Assembly: GCA_012295275.1 (NCBI GenBank)
Contig: CM022667.1
Location: 7,068,001 to 7,132,000, forward strand
DNA: 64,000 nt
Direction: 5' to 3'
Source of the DNA: Chrysomallon squamiferum
Taxonomy: Eukaryota; Animalia; Mollusca
The translations under genes and the position numbers were made by a program. Positions within the stretch are counted from its first letter, which is position 1; the number at the start of each line of letters is the position of its first letter. Positions 50,801-61,898 of this stretch are shown here, in pieces. The notes beneath the pieces were generated by a model that saw only the letters and a list, made by a program, of their open reading frames with translations, was not told the DNA's origin and did not search any database.

Positions 50801-52438
50801 ATTAGAAATATTTAGTTTTTACAGACCTTTCTGTGACTTGATTTAAGCTGAAAGTTTCACTCTGTGCTTGACAAAGTAGATTTTAATTTTTAAAATAGAT
50901 GTTCAGCTGAATTTGATAGAAAATAGATTTTATGCCATACATAAGTATTAGATTAGCATGAACATAAATATAAATATTCACAGTTACTTGTAAATTATAA
51001 GATATGTGACACATGTATAATTTATCAGTGATGTCACGTATGATATATAAGATATGTGATACATGTATAATTTATCAATGATTTCTCACATGATATATAA
51101 GACATGTGACACATGTATAATTTATCAGTGATGTCACGTATGATATATAAGATATGTGACACATGTATAATTTATCAGTGATGTCACATATGATATATAA
51201 GATATGTGACACATGTATGTCGTTACAATGTATGACTAACAAACAGTATTGTTTTTCTTTGGTTTATTTCAGTTTCTTAGGATATTCTAAAACACATTTC
51301 ACTTTGTTGTGAATGAAACAAACACATTTCACTTAATTAGTAAATGAAACAAACTAAAATTTTAATTTTCAAAACCACAAAGATGTGTTTCACAGAAAGT
51401 AACATAGGTATTTTGTATGACATATTACATATGTTTTATAATTTCATATTTCTAAAAGTATAAAAGTATAAGATAAAAATAATTTACAAATATACATTCA
51501 GAAAATTTTAGTAAGTTTGACTGGATTGATATAAATCCTGTTATCAATCAATTACTAATTAGTAAACAACAAATCAAAATAGGTATTTGATCAGTCAAAC
51601 AACAAATGTAAGTTTACTTTAACTTTGTCTTTTTACTGAATGTAAAGTTTTATAGAACTTTTTTCCCATTCCATCTTTATTCTTTTAAGTATTGAACGAG
51701 CTAAAGCAAATTAACAGCATTCAGAACATTAAATGTTTCTTGTATAAAATGTTTGTTTTTTTGGTTTACAGTTGTTTGTTTTTAAAATGAAATTAAATGT
51801 AAATAAATATGTTTGTACCTGTTTCAGAGTGATGGTTAAAATGAAGAATTTACTCAATGGAAACACCTGGCTCTGGGAACGAGGAAAATTCATGAACAGA
51901 CGATATATGATACAGGTAAATACAATACACACACACACACACAGACACACCAGGAAATGTATCAGAAATACTTGTTTGTACACTAAAGTTTGTAATTACA
52001 GGAAATGTATCAGAAGTACCTGGATGGGGAGGATGTGCTGTCAATCAACAAGGAGGATGATCCGTTCTGGGAGCCAATTGAAGATGTGCTCATTGGAACA
52101 GCCAATGCATTTCTCCAGTCTCTGTCCTACGCTCTCGACTTCGATGACAAACTCATCATCACGGACTACAAGGCGCAGGAAGAAGGCTTCCTCTACATCA
52201 ACATCGCCCCCTGCACTGCCAGCGGGAAACCACTCGATGAAGACTACTTCGTGGAAAATGCCAACGAACTGAAAGGAAAACCTTTCCACTTCAAGGTGAA
52301 TTTATCTTTCTGTCTGTCTGCCTGTCTGTCTGTGTATCTATCTATCTATCTTTCTATCTACCTGTCTGTCTGTCTGTCTGTCTCTCTGTCTATATCTTTC
52401 TGTCTGTCTGTCTGTCTCTCTATCTATCTGTCTGTCTA

Positions 52439-52477
<39 letters not shown>

Positions 52478-55400
52478 GTCTGTCTATCTGTATCTACCTA
52501 TCTATCTCTCTGTATCTGTCAAGTTTATTTATCATTTATTATTTTATCATTAAATATTTACAGTCATCTAAGAATGACAAAAAACAAGCAGTACATATTA
52601 TTATCATTATTATTAATTTATTTTAGTTTTATTTATTTCAATGATTTCTCTGTATAACTTGGGATGACAATTTTTTCTAGATCACAATTCGCAGTGCTGA
52701 CATCCACAAAGTTCGCTTCTCGAAAGGTCTGCGAGTGAAATACAGAGTGTACAAAGAAGACAACTTCACGGAGACAAAGCTGGTGAGAGGGACGCTGACT
52801 CCTGAGTTCAACCACTCGCGCGTGGTCAGCTTCAACAAGATCGGACAGGAACACCTCGAGTGGTTCGACTCGGGCTCCATCACCTTCCTCGTGTACGGCA
52901 CGCAGGAGGACACAGACGGCGACCCTAAACTGCTCAAGTTGACAACTCGAGTAGGTCCTACTTTTATATGTCACTCTTCTGTCTTACAGGACAGTTACTT
53001 TTCATATTGTAAGATTCAGTTTTTCGCCTTTTAAAAATACACGACACTCTAATGTTTCACATTTTAAGACTGTACAGGACAATGTTATTGTTTACATCTT
53101 AAAACTGTACTGAATACTGTTATACTTCACATTTTTAAGACTGTACAGGACAATGTTATTGTTTACATCTTAAAACTGTATAGGGCAATTTAATGTTTCA
53201 TGTTTTAAAACTGTAAAGTTGACTGTTAAGGACACAGTTACATTTCACATTTTAGAACTACATGACACTGTCATGTTTCACATTTTTAAACTTGGAGGTA
53301 CTATGTTTGACAGTTTTAAGCTGTAGAGGACAGTGTTATGTTTGACAGTTTTAAGCTGTAGAGGACAGAGTTATGTTTGACAGTTTTAAGCTGTAGAGGA
53401 CAGAATTATGTTTGACAGTTTTAAGCTGTAGAGGACAGTGTTATGTTTGACAGTTTTAACCTGTAGAGGAAAGTGTTATGTTTGACGGTTTTAACCTGTA
53501 GAGGAAAGTGTTATTTTTGACGGTTTTAAGCTGTAGAGGAAAGTGTTATTTTTGACATTTTTAACCTGTAGAGGAAAGTGTTATGTTTGACAGTTTTAAG
53601 CTGCAGAGGACAGTGTTATGTTTGACAGTTTTAAGCTGCAGAGGACAGTGTTATGTTTGACAGTTTTAAGCTGTAGAGGACAGTGTTATGTTTGACAGTT
53701 TTAAGCTGTAGAGGACAGTGTTATGTTTGACAGTTTTAACCTGTAGAGATGTTTCAGGAACTACGTCAGATGGATCAGATAGGGAATGTGGCAGCAAGCG
53801 GCAGACGAGGTACGATATTCGGAAGTGAGGCAATAATGGCTCCTGAGAACAACGCTCACGTGAAAACAGAACTTGTTGTTCTGCAGCGCAAGTACGACAG
53901 ACTGGCGCAGAAAGAAAAGAGAATGCAGGTTTGTTTAAAACACTGAAATACTCGGTTTTCACTCTTTTTTTATTTTACTTACTTCCTTACTTACTTTAAT
54001 TATTTATTTAATTACTTATTTATTTATTTATTTATTTAGCAACTGTGTGATGATTGGGGAAATCGTCCACCAGAACAGAGAGACTTTGAGGCGTTTTTCC
54101 GCGCAGTGTCTGCCGTAGCGAACAGTTCGGGAACTCGACTGAAAACCCGCGTACAACTACTTAACAAGGTGAACTTTGTACATTCGTATCTGTTTACTGT
54201 GTGTGTATTGTTACTGTATATAAGTATTGATCAATGTAACATTGTCCTGTAAATATTGATACAAAGTATTGAACTTGGTATGAAGATATTCATAATAATT
54301 AAAAACATTTGTATAAAGTTAATCAAAATATGAATATTTGGTATAAGGATATTAAAAGTATGAATACTGATACAAGGATATTAAAAGTATGAATACTGAT
54401 ACAAAGATGTTAAAAGTATGAATACTGATATAAGGATGTTAAAAGTATGAATACTGATATAAGATTATTAAAAGTACGAATACTGATACAAGGATATTAA
54501 AAGTATGAATACTGATATAAGGATGTTAAAAGTACGAATACTGATACAAGGATGTTAAAAGTATGAATACTGATACAAGGATGTTAAAAGTATGAATACT
54601 GATACAAGATTATTAAAAGTATGAATACTGATACAAGGATGTTAAAAGTATGAATACTGATACAAGGATATTAAAAGTATGAATACTGATACAAGGATAT
54701 TAAAAGTATGAATACTGATACAAGGATATTAAAAGTATGAATACTGATACAAGGATATTAAAAGTATGAATACTGATACAAGGATATTAAAAGTATGAAT
54801 ACTGATGAACTGTTTCTTACAGATGTTACAATTACAAACTTCAGTGCAGGAAGATACCAGTGTAAGGGAGATAACTATCATAGTTACTAATGTGTTTTCT
54901 CTTTTTGGTGTTTTCTTCACAAAAATGGTTTTTCATATTTCATAATTTGCAACATTATTTTATTTTATTTTTAATTTTATCTTTTTAAATTGAAGTTTTG
55001 CATTAACAATTAATCAAATTATATATACATATATATATATATAGTTTAAAAATAGTCTGTAGATTTATAAAAATCTAATACTGACAAAAACAATCTCTGC
55101 ATAGACTGCAATTAACTTGTAGACTTTTAGTAACTGAGTAAAAATTGTTCATTTGCATAAAACAGCAATAATAGTAATTACAAATCCAATACAATAATAA
55201 CAGCAACAGTATTAATACTAATGATGATGATAATAGTAATAATAAAAATGATGATGACGATAATAATGATGATGATGATAGTAATAATGATGATGATGAT
55301 GATGATGATAATACTGATAATATAAAAACTGATGACTATTAAAACAAATAACAGTAGAAAAAAGTAAAATTCTTTAAATAAATAAACTTTTTTTTTTGTT

Positions 55401-58083
55401 TCTTTGTCTTGTATGAACATTGTGTTTGATGTTTTTCAGATGTTGTTATTTACTTTTCTTTTTTAAAATGAAAACCTCTGTGTTCTGTGATTTTATATTA
55501 AATTTTAATTTTTTTTTTATTTATTGATTTATTATTATTATTATTAGAATTTTCAGATTAAAGCAGGTAAAAATGATCTATGTCTTACAAAACCAATAAA
55601 ATTATATTCAGAAATAAAATGAACCATTGATTAATTAGAAAAGAAATAAAATATTAAATGTTTGGACACAATAATTAAGATACTTGCAGTGATTAAAGAA
55701 AAAAAGTGTTTTAAATCTAAAATAAGAACTAAACAGTGTTTTGTACTCCACTACATGTAGTTTTTTGCACATTACCGTGGTTATGACTAACATTCATTCA
55801 TTACAGGTTCTGCAGGCTCATAAACATGTGCATGAAATAAATGCTCAAAAGCAAATGGACCAAGTAAGGGAGATAACTCTAAAGCCTCTTTACCTTTTGC
55901 TTTCTCAAGCCATTTTAGTGTTAAAGCTTCATTTTTTTAATTTTTTTTTTATCTCTTTTGCCTGACCCTCATTCTTTAACAGGATAATCCATTTTCACTT
56001 CTTCATTCTAATTAACAACTTTTTAACATTTGATTTTAAACTAACTGCAGTTTAACTGTAAAAACTCTTTGTGTGTCACTTGTTGGAGAACCATCACACA
56101 CAGAGTTTTGAGTCTTGTGATTGGATCTCCACGGAGATGACCTGAATGGTCTTTATGAACTCCGGGTTAAAGTGTGACTGAAGCATGTGGTTAGATTGGT
56201 ATATTACTGTTTTTACAAAGAAAGGTTTACTATTGATAAAAACTTCACTGACTAGTGATGGGTTATTTTGGATTCATAGAAGAATAACTGTGTTACAGTC
56301 TGTCTATATCTGTGTCCATAAACTGTCTATCTGCTTGTTCTTTTGTATTAGATAGTGTCTGATAAACAATGTCTATATCTGTTAGACAGTGTCTCATAAA
56401 CAGTGTTTATATCCATATTTGTGGTCTAATAAACAAGCTGTCTATATATTTCTGTATTAGACAGTGTCTGATAAAAGTGTCTAATAAACATTGTCTATAC
56501 CTGTTTGACAGCCTGATAAATAAATTGTCTGTCTAAATCTGTATTAGACAGTCTGATGAACAAAAATCAAAATCTGTCTACTGACTTTTCCTACTTTTTA
56601 TTTATTTTTTATCTTTTTCTTCTGCTGACATTTAATCATGGCTTGTTTATAAAAAAAACTTCAGTTTCAGAAAGACAACATTACAGAGGAAACAACATCT
56701 ACTACAGCAGCTTCTGTTTTATAATTCCTACATTCTGTTCATTTTACTGCTCATTTTCATACTAATTTACACGTAATTTGTATGTTTAACCTGTCAGGAA
56801 GCAAAGAATGGTAAGGTTGAGGACGACACAATTAGCTTGTTTGTTTTTGGGGAGGAAGAACCTGAACTGGCAGCAGACGCAAACCAGCACAACGGATTTG
56901 TCAGTTACGACAAAGTGTCCAAACACCATTTTGAATACGAAAAATTTCCCAATGACCAGTTTGGTGTAAGAGTTTTGTTACACTCAGCCTAGTCCCTTCA
57001 CACACTCAGCTATCTCGTTGCACCCATTGTGTACGTCTGTCAGTGTTTTTGTCTGTTAGGCTTTTGTAGTTATTTGTGTTTGTCTGTTGTAAACTGAGTT
57101 GAGTAAAGAGAACAATAGAAAGTGTTTTTTTTACGTAATAAACTCATATATCTATACATACACACACACAGCACATAGACATGTCCACATAAACACACAT
57201 ATATGACACATGCTCACTCAAACAAAGTATTGAAACAAAGTATTGTTAATGATTCCTTATCAGCACTATTTTTTAACATTTTATTTAGTAATAATAAATA
57301 TTTATATTTAAAAAGCTGTTGCAGTATTTGGTGTTGTGACTAGCAACTAACACATCGCTGTCCCAGCTTCATACTCACTCAGCTTATTGTTTATATCACA
57401 TTTATATACATCACATACAGATATAGAAATATGCATAACATACTGGTACATAAATATGTTTATCACATAGTGAAACATATATATGTATATATATTGTCAC
57501 TGTAATGTTTAACATTTAATAAAAGTTGAAAAACATAAAAAATTGAATGATTTACACTATACTTGGTTACAGAATTACACTTCAAATTTATCTGGGTTTT
57601 TTTAAATTGTATTTGTTACTCAGTAGATTGAAAACAGATTGTGTGTACATGTTTAATGTGTTATTTATCAGTCTGTCTGTCTTGTGAAGTTATGTAAAGT
57701 CTAACAGTAAGATTAAATGTTTAAAATTCGTTTATGAAAATATTTACTTCATTAAATTAAAAATAAAATTATTAATTTCTTCTTCTTTTAATTTTTATAA
57801 ATTATTGGTATATACATTTGTTTTGTTTTTGTGGTTTTTTTTTATAAAAACAACTAATTCTTAATACAGTTTGTGAATTTTAAAGGACTCATTCTGTTTA
57901 GTATAAAACTATGACGTACTCATGCTGATCAGTAAGTTCGTATCAGTTGGAAATGAGAAAATTTAATGTGAATACAAAATATTTTGCTGTTTCTGCTGGT
58001 TTAGAATTTAATTTTCTGTTTTCTGTTTTTCACCATCTCATGATTTGGATAGTTTGAGGTATTACAATTCTTTACTTACTAAA

Positions 58084-58126
<43 letters not shown>

Positions 58127-61100
58127 GGCTATCAGTTTGACATACAACTCATATCAGACTGTCAGTGTGACATACAACTCATATCAGACTGTCAGTGTGA
58201 CATACAACTCATATCAGACTCAGTGTGACATACAACTCATATCAGAATATCAGTGTGACATACAACTCATATCAGACTGTCAGTGTGACATACAACTCAT
58301 ATCAGAATATCAGTGTGACATACAACTCATATCAGACTCAGTGTGACATACAACTCATATCAGACTGTCAGTATGACATACAACTCATATCAGACTATCA
58401 GTTTAAATTATTTAATTACATTATATACGTATCTTTATTTTTATCTAAGAGTGAATATTAGCTGCAGATTCACAAAACATTCTGCATTGTATTACTCTGT
58501 TTAATAGAAATATGTAGGTTGAGCATTATTATTATTATTATTATTGGTATTGTTATTATTATTATTATTTTTATTATTATGATTATTATTGACAAGCATC
58601 CTTTTCTTTTTGCAAATAAATGTAATATTTGTATGAAATTTCTAAGTCTGCTCTTAAGCAAATTCAAACAAAATAAAGATAATTTTAACATTTTTGTCTA
58701 TTTAATACTTGCATGCCTTTTGTTATTTATTTATTTATTTAATCATGCTATATTTCATTTGCTGTTCAGTATTAGATAAGCAACTTCTGATTTATTAAAA
58801 TGTTTCTGTTAATTTTTACATTTATAAATACACAGTAATAGTAAGTTTCTAATAATTTTATTACTAACACAGTATTTCTTTTTCTTTTCTTGTTTTCAAA
58901 TGTTTGTTTCTGTTCACATATTAATTTGTGTTTAAAAGTTCTCATAATCATTTTATTTTTCTGTTCACATTTTAATTCTTCTTCTTGGTTTACATATTAA
59001 ATTTCTCAGTTCACACGTCTGTCATACATCAGCTTGTATTATGATAAATTTGTCCTCTCTGTCTGTGTGTATGTGTGTTCTGTTCTTGTAGCCAGTTGCA
59101 CGTAGTCCCAGTTTTGATGATGATTCTCTCGCCTCTGTTGACCTTGCACCGTTCATGAGCTCCACCCAGGAAATCGGGGGTGTCACTCGCAGGTCTCAAA
59201 CTAAAGTTAGAAACGGTTATAAGACCGGACTGCTCAGTGAGCGTGTCAGAAACGTGGCGAATGTGAGTTTAACTTTCTACGATGTCTACAATGTTGTCCT
59301 CACACCCAGCTGTCTTCTCAGTTCAACAACTTCTCTTTGTTTGCTTTGTTCATTCCTGAAATTCCAGAATTATTTTCCACTGTTTTAATTTAGTTGTTTG
59401 TTTTAAAACCTTATGTTTTATTCTTTTTATATTTATATTGTTAACTGTAGAATCATCTGCTCTCTCTTTAATGATTGTTATAGTCATGAATGGATTTCTA
59501 ACATTCTAAAATTAACAAACATTGTTTATGTTTGCTGATATTTTTCTAAAAGTCTGTTTTGTTTATCACAGCTTTTAACTGCAAGAATTATTATTGTATT
59601 TAACTTGTTGACTTTTTTCTTCCTTTCTTCTAGAATTGTTGTATTGATTAACTCTAGAATTGTTGTCTTGTATATCTGTAGAATTGTTGCCTTGTATATC
59701 TAGAATTGTTGTACTGATTAGATCTAGAATTGTTGTCTTGTATATCTGTAGAATTGTTGTACTGATCAGATCTAGAAATGTTGTCTTGTTTGATTCTAGA
59801 ATTGTTGTCTTGTTTATATCTAGAAGTGTTGTCTTGTTTGATTCTAGAATTGTTGTCTTGTTTATATCTAGAATTGTTGTCTTGTTTATCTCTAGAATTG
59901 TTGTCTTGTTCATCTGTAGAATTGTTGTCTTGTTTATATCTAGAATTGTTGTCTTGTTTGATTCTAGCATTGTTGTCTTGTTTATATCTAGAATTGTTGT
60001 CTTGTTTGATTCTAGAATTGTTGTCTTGTTTATATCTAGAATTGTTGTCTTGTTTGATTCTAGAATTGTTGTCTTGTTTATCTGTAGAATTGTTGTCTTG
60101 TTTATATCTAGAATTGTTGTCTTGTTTGATTCTAGAATTGTTGTTTATCTCTAGAATTGTTGTCTTGTTTGATTCTAGAATTGTTGTCTTGTTTATCTCT
60201 AGAATTGTTGTTGTTTATCTGTAGAATTGTTGTGCTGATTAGATCTAGAATTGTTGTGTTGTTTATATCTAGAATTGTTGTGTTGTTTGATTCTAGAATT
60301 GTTGTGTTTATCTCTAGAATTGTTGTGTTGTTTATCTCTAGAATTGTTGTGTTGTTTGATTCTAGAATTGTTGTGTTGTTTATCTCTATAATATTCTGTA
60401 AAACGTGTTGTTAACACAGTAATCTCTAGAAGTATTTTGTTTGTGTTCACAATTTTTGTTGTTCACTTCTGTAATTTATATTATTTTTACTTTCTATATT
60501 TTTAATTCTTTAATTCTTTTGTCCCAATTTTAGTGAATTAAGTTTTTTCTTCTTTATTTTTGTCTCACTAATTTAATAATATGTCAAGTTAATTACACAG
60601 ATTTTATTCCCTTTAAACATTGCCAGAAAAATGTTGCATTTTACAAATATAACTTTTTAATAATTTTTTGGTGTGTATATTGTGTGTGTGTGGGTGGGTG
60701 GATGTGAGTGAACAAAAAGTGAGATAATATTATCTTAATATTTTCAGAATTAGTATTTATTTATTTATCTAACAAATATATGTTTATATGTGTATGTTCC
60801 TGTGTAAAAACAAATATATCCATGTTATATAACAACTATACCTATGTCAGTAACAAGTACATGTGTGTTGTCCTTGCTTTGATGTTTAGTAGTTCCCTGC
60901 AGGTCAGCAGATATTTGTTATCTCCTCAACAAAGTGTTCCATAGTAAACAAAACTTAAGTGTGTGCAATTTGTCTTCCTGGGTGATATGAAATTAAACTG
61001 AATTAGTATTTGCACTGATAATGATATATCTGAAAGTTTAGGAATTAAAAAAGAAGTCTGTTGAGTTTGATCTTTGGCTGTCATGTTATAATGACATAAT

Positions 61101-61847
61101 AATTTTATATATTAAATTTAAAAAATAATCTTAATTTAAAATGAGGTATTTGCTGTTATGTTGACTCAAGTCTCTTTGTAGACAATGAATAAAACCCTTA
61201 AACTGTCTTTTTAAATTGATAAATTAATAAATATGTTACTGTTATTGCCATTGTCATTAGTATTATTATTACTACTACTACTGCTATAACTTTTACATAA
61301 TCAGTTACCGATAACAGAAAATTATTTATTATAATCTTTGTTTAAAATAATTAAAGTATTTAATGCCACTAAGAAAATTGATTTTAAATATCTGCTGTTA
61401 CCATGGTTGCTTAGATTAGTTCTGTTTTTGTTATATTTGCTGAAAGTGTGAAGGGTCGAATTTATTTAATCTTTCAAAATTTTCCCAATTGAAATCTGTA
61501 ATTATGAAAACTTTTCAAAAACTGGCATAAACATATATGTTTTTAAAATGTATAAATTTCACAGATGACACCTTTAGTTTGACTTCAATTGTCCTGCTTT
61601 GTGATTGCTAAATTCATTCAGTAAATAAATAATTTAGTTAGAGTAGTATCCCTTAGCACTGACTGATGAATTGTTGTGTTTATTTTACTGTAAAGTTGTT
61701 TTTGGAGATAGATGAACAAAGTTTAATGAAATTAATAATTTTAAAATATTCATTTTCTTTTGTTCTATATGATGTACTGAAATGTTTTGTTTTGGTGTAA
61801 TAAATTTAAATTTATATTTAATTAAATAAAGCCTGAGTACAGTTTGC

Positions 61848-61898
<51 letters not shown>

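Noticed and set aside
51951-51971. Duplicated acceptor plus exon start (CAGGAAATGTATCAGAA) 48 nt upstream of the real one, as an alternative 3' splice site
   Set aside because: Would leave a 38-nt intron and reads into TAA. It is kept only as another example of junction duplication.
55557-55566. Possible 10-nt microexon (cag|ATTAAAGCAG|gtaaaa)
   Set aside because: Not frame-preserving in a phase-0 region, and I found no compensating exon.
59575-60450. Long ORFs in several frames on both strands
   Set aside because: Translations of a ~24-bp minisatellite, with no splice or domain support.
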